From Octopus sinensis (lineage: Eukaryota): 64,000 bases of DNA. The position numbers were made by a program, and so were the translations under genes. Positions 1 to 13,109 of this stretch are shown piece after piece. How positions within the stretch are numbered: the first letter of the stretch is position 1; every line of letters starts with the position of its first letter. The notes beneath the pieces were generated by a model. The model was not told the DNA's origin. It searched no databases and saw nothing but the letters and a program-made list of their open reading frames with translations. The DNA lies in contig NC_043015.1 of assembly GCF_006345805.1 (NCBI RefSeq), positions 53,754,001 to 53,818,000 of the forward strand. Reading direction: 5' to 3'.

Positions 1-56
1 GCATATATATGTGTGTGTGTGTGTGTATGTGTGTGTGTGTGTGCGTGTGTGTGTGA

Positions 57-201
57 TGGGCTTCTTTGAGTTTCCGTTTACCAAATCCATTCACGAGACT
101 TTGGTCGCCCTGTAGCTATAGCAGAAAACACTTGCCCAAGGTACCACGCACCGAGCCCGGAACCATGTGGCTGGAAAGAAAACATCTTACCACACAGCCA
201 C
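57..201 (-). mobile_element. tRNA-derived SINE, family B (5' part)
   Basis: Minus strand reads tggctgtgtggtaag...ggttccggg...ccttgggcaagtgt...ggatttggtaaacggaaac, matching many copies elsewhere in the window. Confidence 0.8.
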
Positions 202-294
202 ATGTATGTATATATGTATACATGAATATATAATGTTGTGTATAAGTATGTCTAACAGTGTGCATATGTGCATATATAATACCCGCGGCCATTG

Positions 295-354
295 GAGTCT
301 GACGAGTCGTTTATAAGGCTAGGCGCTTTACAGAGGCGTAACCACTGGCCACTC
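295..354 (+). ncRNA. Decayed type I hammerhead ribozyme motif
   Basis: GAGT-CTGACGA-GTC..GGC-GTAAC-CAcTG-GCC-ACTC: helix I GAGT/ACTC and CUGACGA intact; GAAA changed to GUAA and U16.1 to C. Confidence 0.6.
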
Positions 355-482
355 TAGGACCAGTCATACAATTCACTTCCGATATATCCATCCATATATA
401 TATATATATATATATGACCGCGTGTGTACCCTTGGCGATTTTTTTCCTCCGTCTTCCCTTCCTTGAATCTTTCCTTTTCCTA

Positions 483-516
483 TGTTTCAGAAGAGCTCCG
501 CTCGAAACGTTAAACA
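483..516 (+). ncRNA. Minimal hammerhead motif (core partly deleted) in a pLTR-like cassette (~416-615)
   Basis: TGTTT-CAGAA-GAGC tcc GCTC-GAAAC-GTT-AAACA; helices I and II perfect; cassette flanked by (TA)n. Confidence 0.6.
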
Positions 517-912
517 CTCCTTCTTTCCCTCTTTCCTGAGCGTCCAATAATACTATACTTGTTCTACGTTCTCGCGTTGTTGTGTTTTCTCTTTGTGTTT
601 TCATGTTTGTATTAACTATATATATATATATGAAAGTTGAAATTTATAGAAAAACAAAAGACGAAGACAGGTGTATGAACAACAAGCAAGTGTATTAGTT
701 TGACGCCTACGAGAATGAAAAGGAATAAGAGAAAATATACAAAGAGAGAATGAAAAAGTAAACAGAGAAAGAATGAAAAAGAACAAAAGAAAGACTTGTA
801 GAGTTCAGTGGTCCACCATAGCGAATATATGTATGTATGTATGATGTATGTATGTATGTATGTATGTATGTATGTATGTATGTATGTATGTATGTATGTA
901 TGTATGTATGTA

Positions 913-970
<58 letters not shown>

Positions 971-1263
971 ATATACAAATATTCGCCATGTTGGACCGCT
1001 TGCTGTTCATTCATCTGTCTGTGTTTTTTATTCTTGTTTTTTTTCCATAAATTTAAATTCAGCAAAAAATTTTTGGTTTGTTGGGAATCGTGCATTTGTG
1101 CTGGTCTTCCTTCTGTATTCGTTGAAGACATGGACTTCTTACATAAATACTCAGAAAGCTTTCACCAATAGAGCCTTTGTTAAATTCTCATGATCAACGA
1201 TCAGGAAATCGTTTGCAGTAGAGATAGAATTGTTAGAGAAAAAGAGAAAGAGAGAGAGAGAAC

Positions 1264-1301
<38 letters not shown>

Positions 1302-2420
1302 GATCATAAGTCTCATGAATTCAAATTATACTGGTTTGCAATCAGTTAGCGCGGATCGGAAATTTAGGATGGATGGGTTATGAGCGTATCCGTAATTTTT
1401 TCATCTTTTTACAGTGGGAAGCAAAAAACAATGCAAAGTAGAGAAGGGTATAAAAACCAGCTAAAAAAACTAGTCTTGGAATGTTGAATACATCATACAA
1501 AGATATTGAGTCTATTCCTCATGGAACAAATAAATGGCGGGAAAAGATCTGATCTCGAGAAAACGATTTTGAAGAAGCCAATCTAAAAGTATGAAAAAAT
1601 GAAAATAGAAGTACGGAAAAATAACACCTTAATAAATCCGGTAATGGTGCCATTCTCCAGTTGATTAGCATGTGGTAAGACTTGTCTTGATAAGACTGGT
1701 TTAACTTTATATCCCAGAACTCATCTTCACACAGTTGGTTCAAATGACACGTGGATCATTCAAGCAGATACCTTCGTATGCCATAATTGCAATGAGACAT
1801 ATAAGTACGGCGCTGGTCTCAAAAGGGCCTTTCAATATGCATAAATTAGGCAGGAGAAACAACATAGTGCCTCTTCAGGTGAGACATATTTGTACTGCAT
1901 GTAATGCATATTTCAAACAGCTCTCGGGATTCAAAAGCTACTTACGTGCTCATGCACTGGAAAAGCCACTTCTAACATGTGGCCAAGCTTTGAATAATAG
2001 AAAACTATGTCCTATGTCTAACCGCCTTCACTATTTTAATGATTTTGATATTACCATTTTGCTGGATCATCCATTGATTCATATGGCAAATACTTTATAC
2101 TGATAGGTAGGGTTTAGCTTAACCATCAGCGATGGAGTGGTTACTGCCGACAACCTTTAATTCCAAGTGCAACTAGCTTGGTAGTATAATTGTCTCGCTT
2201 GCTGTAGACCGGTTATCTCCCCTATCACTATACAGACAATGTGCTTTTTGATTGTCTATTTGTCTCTTCACCTTGTGCTTTATAAGTACATGAAGTGTAT
2301 TAGGGCCAAGGTTTTAGAATCAAGTTTGACTGCTATATCTAGCATGGTGGTATCTCTTAGATACCCTTAATTATATAAAAATTAATATCTATAAGATTTA
2401 TATTTCCATGTTGGCCACGT

Positions 2421-2465
<45 letters not shown>

Positions 2466-2620
2466 GTGAGAGAGGCAGGCAGACAGATATATACACAGGT
2501 AGGTAGACAAACAGACAAGTAGGCAGACAGGAAGGTAGATAGCAAGTTTATGTACTGATTGATAAATAGATAGACAGATAGATAGATAGATTAGATAGAT
2601 AGATTAGATAGATAGATAGG

Positions 2621-2654
<34 letters not shown>

Positions 2655-2800
2655 TTTAAATACATACATAGGTAGATATATACATATATATATATGTATA
2701 TATATATATATTATATTATATATATGTATATATATATATATATGGGTAAACAGACAGGTAGATAGATACGTTGATACGTCGACAGAGATAGTTTGGGAGG

Positions 2801-2865
<65 letters not shown>

Positions 2866-3146
2866 ATATATATATATATACATACACACGCCTACACATA
2901 TTTACAGTGAAAGAGAGAGATGGAGGGAGGGGGAGAATGCATAAATAAATATATTAAAAATTTTAGTTGATTTGTTATACAGCATTTATACGCAATGATT
3001 TACTGGATAATTAATTAGTAAGCCCGGTAATTATTTAGATAAACAGTTGGTTAGTAATTTTAGACATATTGCTAACTAGATATATAATTAGTCAGTTAGT
3101 CATTTGACAATTAGTTGGACGTTTATCTAATTGACTAGTTAGTATG

Positions 3147-3300
3147 GTGAAGATGCGTGGTCTAATGGTTAGAATGTTTGGATTACAATCTTAAGAGCCT
3201 GGGTTCAATTCGTGGAGTAGGCAGGCCTAGGTTGAAGAAAGCGCTGTATTTCATATTACTGCTGTCTACTACTCAACTGAAGTCGGGTACCAGACAGTCC
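3147..3300 (+). mobile_element. Degenerate tRNA-derived SINE (family D-like)
   Basis: gtgaagatgcgtggtctaatggttag (A box) ... gggttcaattc (B box); similar to the 5650-5979 copy. Confidence 0.55.
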
Positions 3301-3839
3301 CTGCATCGTTTCCAACTCTCGCTGTGACATCGTTATTTCGTTGGGTCAAGTCTCGTTGAGTCAATAGGGCGTCTATAGCCACTAGTCGCTACATATGTTC
3401 CCGAAATAGTCAACACACGGTTACCAGAGACGGCAAGCTTTTATTATTTTATTGTCCAATTAGCGATATTGTGCAGTGGATAGTTGAGTTGCTTAACTTA
3501 TATGCATAATTGATAGACATGTCAGTTTATAATCAGCTGCGTAATCAGATTGTAAATTTTAGTTAGTTTGGTAATTAAATAGTTGAAGACCTTGTTAGTT
3601 AGCTATCAAGAGAGGTAGTTAATTAAGTAGAGATATAATTAGTTATATAGTTAGTTTGATGTTTCATTACATAGTCAGATAGTCGGTAGGTTAGTTAGCT
3701 ATAATTTAAGTAAACAGATGTTCTGTAGTTAGTAGAGAGTAGAATAGTCCGTAATTTAGTTAAGCGTAAAGTTAGTTAAACATCTCTCTCTCTCTTCTCT
3801 CTCTCTCTCTCTCTTTCTTTCTCTCTCTCTCTACATATA

Positions 3840-3900
<61 letters not shown>

Positions 3901-3985
3901 CAATTTATAGAAAAACAGAAGACGAAGACAGGTGTATGAACTGCAAGCAAGTGCATTAGTTGGACGCTTGGGGAAGGGAAAAAGT

Positions 3986-4021
3986 CTTTTACGTTTCGAG
4001 CCTATGCTCATCAGCAGAAAG
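3986..4021 (-). ncRNA. Minimal hammerhead motif in a pLTR-like cassette (~3897-4080)
   Basis: Minus strand CTTT-CTGCTGAT-GAGC atag GCTC-GAAAC-GTA-AAAG; cassette family shared with ~640, ~12200 and ~50790. Confidence 0.65.
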
Positions 4022-4127
4022 GAATAAGACAAAATAAACAGAGGATGAAAAAACCTTGTAGATTTCAGCAGCCTACCATATAGAAAGATAGACAAACAGG
4101 GGTAGATAGATAGATAGATAGATAGAT

Positions 4128-5424
4128 ATGTTTCTTTATTAGCCACACAGGGCTGCACACAGATAGAACAAATTACAAGGTAGAGCTTTTCTTTTGAAGG
4201 TTTAAAAAAAAAAAAAGGAAGGGGGAGTTTCGATCAAAAGGGATCGTAAAAGGAGAGAAAGAGGACAAAAAAAGGGGGGTTAAAAAAAAAGGGGGAAAGG
4301 AAAAAAAAAATTGATCAATAGGGATCGTTATCACAGAAATGTCAATATGAAGTGTAAAGGGGAGGACAGGTGAGGTTTACCCGTGGAAAAAAAGCCTACG
4401 GAAAAGACCACGGTAACCTCGGTCAATGAGTCACATGTTATATTTCTTTTTTTTTTTTTTTTGCGAATAAGCAACTCTCTGTTTTCAATTTCTGGGTTCA
4501 TACGATCATGCTCAAGGTGGCTTCGTCATTCATACGTGCCATTCTTGCTACATTCACCCATCTTTTTTAAAACATTCGCTAGACAAAACTTGCCTCTCTA
4601 CTCTCACTTTCCTTTTCAAGTGGTACTTGAAGAAGTTGATGAGAGATTGACCAGAGAGGAAAGTGTTTGTCTCCAATCCTTTCAGACGCGTCCACCAGAT
4701 ACATTCTTTCGCCATAGCCACAAGGATGATGAAAATAGCTCTTCCTTCCCGTTTGAAGGAGGGAGGCGTGACAATATTGACGATAGACTCAGCTGATAAA
4801 CCGACTCGTCCCACACGTGACAGCAGTTGTTCGACATAAGCCCACAGGTCGGAAATTGTTGGACACTGCACGAGTGCGTGCAGAACGGTTTCGTCGCTCT
4901 GACCGCATCTCGGGCAGGTCGGCCCCGTGTTTCTCGAGCCGTGTCTGTAGAGCTTATCCCGAACGGGTAGCGCTTCTCGGTAGCACTGCCAGGCCAGGGA
5001 TCTCTGGAAGTTGTCCATGGGTCCTGGCCCGAAAGTCGTCCTGAACAGGCGGGTCAGGTACTCCTCGTCGACGTCCAGGTTCGCCCCGAGCTCGTCGTCG
5101 TACTTCCCCTCCACTAAACCCCTATAGAATGCTTTGGCTGTGTTGAAGTCACTCAAGGTCGACCCAGGACGGCAGAGTTGCTTGAGAGCAACGCGACACT
5201 CGCGGTGCCATTCGCCCTTCTTCGGCCTCTTTTTGATCCACGACTGCAGTTCGGTCATGGAGACGAGCTGCGGGAAAGCGTGCCTCACAAACGGCGACCA
5301 CACCTGTTCACCGTCGTCTACATAGAGCCAGAGATGTCGCAGTCTCAGCGCGTGTCTGCGCATCATCAACCACGGCATGCCCAGCCCTCCTTTTAACGGG
5401 TGTTGACAGCAAATGGATCGCCTG
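4128..5424 (-). mobile_element. 5'-truncated Tx1/L1-clade non-LTR retrotransposon (ORF2 C-terminus with zf-RVT plus 3'UTR) in a (GATA)n tract
   Basis: Open frame ...[10 protein letters not shown]...MDNFQRSLAWQCYREALPVRDKL...CPRCGQSDETVLHALVQC...; 3' end gcagccctgtgtggctaataaagaaacat runs into (ATCT)n; (GATA)n on both flanks. Confidence 0.85.
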
Positions 5425-5574
<150 letters not shown>

Positions 5575-5649
5575 GTACATAGAGAAATAGCTTGGGATAT
5601 ACATACATGTGTGTATGTTGGTGTGTGCCTGTGTGATGAGAGATGAGAT

Positions 5650-5979
5650 CCCCTTCGGTCATGACTGACCGTGCGATTGCACCTAGAAAGTTCCTCTTCC
5701 AGGCACAAGTCCGGCAAGATTGTTTATGGAAGACCAGCAGTCGCCCACGCATACCGGCCTCCAATCTCCACGCCACCGATATTATCCAAGGGAAAGGCAA
5801 AGGCCGATACAGCTTGGCACCTGTGACGTCGCAACTCATTTCTACAGCTGAGTGAACTGGAGCAACGCGAAATAAAGTGTCTTTCTCAAGAACACAACAC
5901 GGAGCCCGGTCCGGGATTCGAACTCACAACCTCACGATCACAAGTTCAACGCTCTAACCACTGAGGCATGCGCCTTCAC
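5650..5979 (-). mobile_element. tRNA-derived SINE, family D, near full length
   Basis: Minus strand gtgaaggcgcatgcctcagtggttagagcg...gagttcgaatccc (Pol III A/B boxes); second copy at 32965-33225. Confidence 0.85.
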
Positions 5980-6185
5980 ATGTATGTATGTATTATGTAT
6001 TATACAGCATAAACTTAGGATGTATGTACGTATTATAAAGCATAGACTTAGAAGGTGTGAGAGGTGAATATAGTTATTTATCCATATGGCTTCTTAACGA
6101 TTACGGTCATTCACACATACATACAATGTTGATAGACAGGATACACAGACAGACAGAAGACAGACAGACAGACAGGTAGATAGAC

Positions 6186-6264
<79 letters not shown>

Positions 6265-6530
6265 AACGTAGGTAGGTAGGTAAACAGCTAGATAGACTAA
6301 CAGTCAGACAGGTAGAGAAAGAAATAATTTGAAAAAGTAAGGCGGTGGAGAATGTATGCATATCTGCTTGTATTTGTCAGAGTGAAAGATAAAGATAAAT
6401 GAAAATACGAATTGAATTATGAGAGAATAATTGCCAAAGTATTACGTAAACAGATATATATATATATATTATATATATTATATATATATTATATATTATA
6501 TATATATATTATATATAGATAGATAGATAT

Positions 6531-6583
<53 letters not shown>

Positions 6584-7406
6584 CAGATGAATAGATATAA
6601 ATAGATAGATAGATAGAGAGAGAGAGATTAATAGAGGCAGATGAACACTAAAAGAGGGAGTTGGGAAGGTAGAGGTAACTTCAGAATTACAGCGAACGTA
6701 AAACTAAAATACCTCAACGAGAAAGAGTTATTCAAGGGAGACAAGATGGATATTTGATAGAGAGGATGTTAGGTAAAAATTGATGGTGAAAATGATGTTA
6801 ACGTCGAAAGCATATGTTTATGAAAACAAAATAACAAAATGAAAAGAAAAGGAAAAGGAAAAAATAAATAAATAAATAAAACAAAAACAGATGAACGAAC
6901 AACCTGCTTATTTCTTTATCTTCGAAATCAATCTGTATAACCATCATGTTTCGTTTCCCAGCAGTATTTGCTACAATCCATTTCCTTCTAGCGACTCTCA
7001 TTTCCCCTTCCGGTTAAGTAAAAATATAAAAGAGATGTATATATAACATAACGAATGGGTTGTCTCATTTTTTTGCTTTGCATTTTTACTTTTGATTCAT
7101 TTTTTTCTTTTATATTTCTTCCCCTCCCTACAGGTTCATCCAGAAGCATTTAAACATACACACACATACTATCAGATTAAGAGGCATAGTAACGCTGTCG
7201 TACACATAGACACGCACAAAAATGTATACGTATGTATAATATATACACACACATACACACATACATGTATATACATATAAATGTACACGCTCCGTACCTA
7301 CACATACACTGAATACACAGATACGTATACATTTATATACACACGCACACTCGTTCGCATGTATATAGTTACATATATGTGTGTGTATGTTTATATATAT
7401 GTATTG

Positions 7407-7451
<45 letters not shown>

Positions 7452-8557
7452 TCTTCTAGTTCATTCTCACACATCCATAACATACTCTCACAGATAAACA
7501 AACACACACGCACACACACACACACGCGCGCACGCGCACGCACATACACACACACATATACAGAGAAACAAATATAGTAAAACCGCTTTCCGTCGCCATC
7601 GCTTGGCAATCTGGTTACAGCAGAAAACATATTTATTCGGGCCACAGATTAATGGACATAGTTTTGCCAGAGATTTTCAAAGATCGTCTCTTTGATATCA
7701 TGAGAGCCTCAAAAGCCATTCCATTAATACTGGAAGGCCAGTGAAAATACAGCAAATAGCAATCCAAAGAAAACATCAAACTATATATATAGAGAGAGAA
7801 AATACTCAAAATAAAATAATACGAAAATAATAAGGAAAATAATAACACTAACAGCACCACTGATGCACCACCGGCCCTCCTCCTGCCCCTCTTGCTCTTC
7901 CTGCTCCACCTCCTCCTCCTCCTCCTCCTTCTACTACTACTACTACTACTACTATACTACTACTACTACTACTACTACTACAACTACTACTACTACTACT
8001 ACTACTTTTACTATTACAATTAATAATAATAATAACAATAATAACAATAATAATAATAAAATTAACAGTAATTTGAATAGTGGCTTTGTTTAAACATGGC
8101 GTTTGTAAGTAGTTTTTGTTTTATATCTTTACCGTTTTTGTTTTATTTTGGCAGACATATTGAATAAGTGGCAAGGAGTGAAATGGATAGATAAAAGAGA
8201 GAGGTATACATATTTGTGCGTGTGCGGTGGGGTTAGCATGTGTGCGAAGGTATGTGTGTGTGTGTGTGTGTGTTGGGGTTGTATGTGTGTATAAGCGTAA
8301 ATGAAAAAGTGACTTTTAAGTGGGAGTGAGAGAAACATACGGTTATCTCTCGCTATCAGTGGATGTGTGTGCGCATGCGTATCGTGTGTGTATGCTTGTA
8401 TTGCGCATGTGTCTGTGTGTGTGTATTTTTGTTTGTGTCCATGTGTGTGGTTGTGTATTTCTATGTGTCTTTGCTTCGGTGTGCATTTATCAAAGTTACA
8501 AACGTAGTGTCTGTATATGTGTGTGGGTATCTGTGCGCGTGTGTGTGTGTGTGTGTT

Positions 8558-8593
<36 letters not shown>

Positions 8594-9076
8594 GTCAGTA
8601 GACAGTTAAGTACACATACATTTATTGGCGAATAATATAGTGAATGCTTGGATAAACTTTAACAGGGAAGACAATACCAACTGTTGAACGGATGCAGTGT
8701 TTACTGTGTACAGCAGATGTCCGGCTGACTAGACTGTTTGCAATGCAGATCTCTATGTTCGTATGCTTATACGTGTTGGCGATGATATATACGTATATGT
8801 TTGCATATATATCAGTCAGTAGAATAAATAGATAAATTAATAAATAAACATCTAGATAAATACAAATAAAAGGAATTCTTCTGATTCACAGACCGACCCA
8901 TCATATCCGGTTGAAGCCACACGTGATATTAACGGTCATCTACCTATAAATTATTTGCTGTTACATCGCCGTCGGCGTCGGCATGAAAAAGAATGCCTAG
9001 GTTTTTAGTATTTTAGTATTTTAGTATAGGTATCGGGCAGACAGTTATTCTCACAAAACTGACATTCCGCCGGTTA

Positions 9077-9367
9077 CATCGACGAGGTTTTCAGTCGATC
9101 CGATTAACGGAACAGCCTGCTCGTGATATATAAACGTGTTAGTGGCTGAGTTCTCCGCAGAAACGCTTTCTCGAAACATAGTTCTCAGGGAGATTCAATG
9201 TGACATAGAATGTGACAAAGTTGGTCGTTTCAATTTCAGGAATAACTCATTTTTGTCATCAGAGTGGAATGCAACAGCATGAAATAAAGGAACTTGCTCA
9301 AGGACTTGAATTCTCCACTTTACGATCCTCAGCTGATTACCCAACTAACTAAGTCACGCGCCTTCAC
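9077..9367 (-). mobile_element. SINE related to family D with a different 3' part
   Basis: Minus strand starts ggtgaaggcgcgtgacttagtagttg; 3' part matches 55166-55322. Confidence 0.65.
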
Positions 9368-9417
9368 CGGTTGTTCACATACGTACTCATACATGTACAA
9401 ACTACGCAATGTTCTTT

Positions 9418-10010
9418 CGAGCTGGCAGAAACGTTAGCACGCCGGGCAAAATGCTTAGCGGTATTTCGTCTACCTTTACGTTATGAGTTCAAATTCCCTC
9501 GAGATCGATTTTAGCTTCCATCCTTTCGAGTTCGTTAAATTAAGTACCAGTTGCGTACTGGGGTCGATCTAATCGACTGAACCCCACTCCCCCAAAATTT
9601 CGGGCCTTGTGCCTAGAGTAGAAAGGAATATCTAAAGGCGGCGAGCTGGCAGAATCGTTAGCACGCCGAGCGAAATGCTTTGCCGTATTCAGTCCGCCGC
9701 TGCCTTCTGAGTTCAAATTCCGCCGTTGTCGACTTTGCCTTTAATCTTTTCGGGGTCGATAAATTAAGCACCAGTTACGCACTGGGGTCGATGTAATCGA
9801 CTTAATCCGTTCGTCTGTCCTTGTTCGTCCCCTCTGTGTTTAGCCCCTTGTGGGTAGTAAAGAAATAAGAAACGTTAGTACGCCGGACGAAATGCTTAGC
9901 GGTGATTCGTCTGTTTTTACGTCCTTTGTTCAAATTCCGCTGAGGTCGACTTTGCCTTTATTCCTTTCGGGATCGATAAATTAAGTACCAGTTGCATACT
10001 GGTGTCCATC
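9418..10010 (+). mobile_element. Three head-to-tail copies of tRNA-derived SINE family A
   Basis: Repeated gagctggcagaa(a/t)cgttagcacgccg...gagttcaaattcc...gtcgactttgcc...aagtaccagtt units at ~9418, ~9637 and ~9868. Confidence 0.85.
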
Positions 10011-10011
10011 T

Positions 10012-10099
10012 AAGTGTCTTCTACTATAGCCTCGGACCGACCAATGCCTTGTGAGTGGATTTGGTAGACGGAAACTGAAAGAAACCCATTGTATATATG

Positions 10100-10154
<55 letters not shown>

Positions 10155-10475
10155 TGTGTGTGTGTGTGTGTGTGTATGTGTGTGTGTGTGTGTGCGTGCG
10201 TGTGTGCGTGTGCGCGCGCGCGTGTGTGTGTGTGCGCGCGCGCGTATGTGTGTGTGTGTGTTTGTGTGTCTGTGTTTGTCCCCCGAACATCGCTTGACAA
10301 TCGATGCTGTTGTGTTTACGTCCCCGTAACTTAATGGTTCGGCAAAAAGAGGGCGATAGAATAAGTACCAAGCTTACAAAGAATAAGTGCTGGGGTCGAT
10401 TAGTTCGACTAAAAAGGGGGTGCTCCAGCATGGCCACAGTCAAATGACTGAAACAAGTAAAAGAGTAAAAGAGTA
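10012..10475 (+). mobile_element. SINE family B (5'-truncated) with internal (TA)/(TG) microsatellite
   Basis: aagtgtcttctactatagcctcgg...ggtgctccagcatggccacagtcaaatgactgaaacaagtaaaagag. Confidence 0.85.
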
Positions 10476-10613
10476 CATGTATATAGAAATAAATATTTCT
10501 ATATGGTTACATATTTATTAGCACACAAAGATACAAACGCACTGTCGCACACAAATATATATTCATTCATGTATGCTTGTGTATACACACACATATGTGT
10601 ATGTATGTATGTA

Positions 10614-11476
10614 TACGTGACCTGATCAATAAATATCGGGACTGTTTCCATAGCAACGAAACTAAAGTACGCGGAGTGAAGTCGCTTATCAAAGGTTGAT
10701 CTTGAAATCTGTTGTGCATGCGCACTAAGTTTTATCCTTCTAGATTACTTCTGCTGTCGGAAGGAAGGTGTGTAGCGTGTGATAGTCGCATTGACCATGA
10801 AAAGAAAAAGGTGACTAGAGAATCTGCATCAAATTTTGCCAAAACCTACTCCGAGTCCTTTGCAAAGGTTTCAAAAAGATTTAGTCGTTCTCAACACAAT
10901 CAAAGAGAACTTGTGCAACTGAAACCCGAGTGTATTTTTGGTCAGCTAAAAGCAGTTTTGGCATAAACTTGGCAGACACGCGTGTCATGCCCAAATCTTC
11001 AGTGAACTGAAAGGTAAGGAATCTGCACATCTTCTGATAATTCACGGATGGGTATTCAACGATTTCCCCCTCACAGCTGCTCGAACATCTGCGATGCTTG
11101 TCTGATCTGCTGGTTGCGAGTTTCCCAGAACCTTCGTCAATATCGACATTTTTCCGGCCATCCAGTAAACGCCTGATCCTCTCATACAATTGTGTGCAGC
11201 TCATGCACTCTTCTCCATACACTTTCTGCAACTTTGCGTTGGCCTCTGAACTGATATCGCCACGACGGCTTTATGTCATGGTCAATGCGACGATCTCACG
11301 CTACGATACGTTTATTCTAAGCACTACTGTAAAAGGTGGGAGTGAACTAGAACGTTAAAACTTAGTGCGCAGGCACAGCAACGTCTCCGGCCAATCTTTG
11401 CCAAACGGCTTTACCCTGTGTGCTTTAGATTAGTTACTATGGCAACAGTCCGGATACTTATTGATCAAACCTCATA
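10614..11476 (-). mobile_element. Internally deleted mariner element with long terminal inverted repeats
   Basis: Minus-strand remnant MQKVYGEECMS...GRKNVDIDEGSGK...LGMTRVSAKFMPKLL (mariner HTH/WVP-type region); ends acctgatcaataaatatcgggactg / cagtccggatacttattgatcaaacc are inverted. Confidence 0.8.
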
Positions 11477-11527
11477 TACGTATATATATCATTTCAACTA
11501 AATTTTACGTATATATTATTTTATCCT

Positions 11528-11932
11528 TTTATTCTTTTACTTGTTTCAGTCATGTGACTGCGGACATACTGCAGCACCGCCTGTTAATCGAACAAATCAA
11601 CCCTAAGACTTATTCTTTGTAAGTCTAGTATTTATTCTATCGCTTTCTTTTGCCGAACCACTAAGTTACGGGAACGTAAACACACCAGCATCGGTTGTCA
11701 AGCGCCGGCGTGGGAGACAAACACAGACACACACACAAACACAGACACATACACACACACATACATACATATATATACGACGGGCTTCTTTCCGTTTCTG
11801 TCTACCAAATCCACTCACATGGCTTTGGTCGGCCCGAGGCTATAGTAAAAGACACTTGCCCAAGGTGCCACGCAGTGGGATTGAAACCAGAACCATGTGG
11901 CTGGTAAACAAGCTACTTACAGCGCAGCCTAC
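11528..11932 (-). mobile_element. SINE family B, near full length
   Basis: Reverse complement of the 10012-10475 sequence plus the tRNA-like head. Confidence 0.85.
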
Positions 11933-12143
11933 TACGTACAATATTTATCAACAAACCAGAAAGCTTTTTAAGTAACGGAGAGGAAGCAGCTACAGAAGTC
12001 TTTTAGTACAATAATAACTATGATAATACACCATATAATAATAATATATTTGTGCTGATTTAATGCGACATTTATAAACACAATGACTGTAAAACAGACT
12101 TCCATGGTCCCTTACAAAGCCTTCTGGCTTATTTATAAATATT

Positions 12144-12198
<55 letters not shown>

Positions 12199-12200
<2 letters not shown>

Positions 12201-12234
12201 TTCTGTAGAAGAGCGTAGGCTCGAAACGCAAAAG
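12199..12234 (+). ncRNA. Decayed minimal hammerhead motif in a pLTR-like cassette (~12197-12325)
   Basis: CTTT-CTGTAGAA-GAGC gtag GCTC-GAAAC-GCA-AAAG. Confidence 0.55.
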
Positions 12235-12350
12235 ACTTTTCTATTCCTGAGCGTTATACTAATACTTCTGTTTGTTTTGTACACCACCTGTCTTCGTCTT
12301 TTGTTTTTTTTGTAAACTCTCCCTATATACATAAATATATATATATATAC

Positions 12351-12633
12351 GTGGAGGCGCAATGGCCCAGTGGTTAGTGGACTCTCGGATCTAGGGTCGC
12401 CGTTTCGATTCCCAGACCGAGCGTTTTGAATGTTTATTGAGCGAAAACACCTAAAGCTCCACGAGTCTCCGGCAGAGGTGGCGATCCCTGCTGTACTCAC
12501 TCTTTCTTCTGTTGGCCTGCTCACTTAGCTAGCGGGGTGGCGTCATTTGAAGGCTAAAACAATACGAAGCGCATTGTGACCAGCGATGTGTAGCAACATC
12601 TGATAGCCTGGTCGGTGACAGTTATCACGGTGA
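12351..12633 (+). mobile_element. tRNA-derived SINE family C
   Basis: gtggaggcgcaatggcccagtggttag (A box)...gtttcgattccc (B box); 3' part recurs on minus at 14820-14940. Confidence 0.8.
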
Positions 12634-13049
12634 TATATATATATATATACACACACATACAAGCATGTGTTTGTATGTGTGTATCTATAGTTAATGAGAG
12701 GATAATCCAACGCAAATCTGGGCTTGGCTACTCGTTTGGCCAGTATACGATCTTTCAGCTGCCAAACGGGGATAACTTAACTTTTACCGTGACGCGTTTA
12801 TTCTTGTCTCTTCTCAGTCAAATGAACCGCTGAATCATTCTAATTCGTATTCTAAACAGAAATGTGCATCTTCAGACATTCAATAGAAGAGCAGTTGTTC
12901 AATAATTGTCAGATCCGTATTCTCCTTGGACGAGATTATTTATTTTTAGCTTACTTTGTTCGAGGTAACCGTAAGTTCAAAACGAGTTCATATACGAGAT
13001 GCGTGTGTATTTATTATACACCGCACACAACCTCACTCAAACACACACA

Positions 13050-13109
<60 letters not shown>

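Noticed and set aside
1690-1735. Minus-strand gtgaagatg...aaaccagtc hammerhead-like trace (weaker ones near 1110-1165, 2095-2190 and 29655)
   Set aside because: Too many core mismatches and no reliable helix I; not counted
5905-5979. tRNA gene
   Set aside because: The tRNA-like head continues into a SINE body that recurs elsewhere in the window
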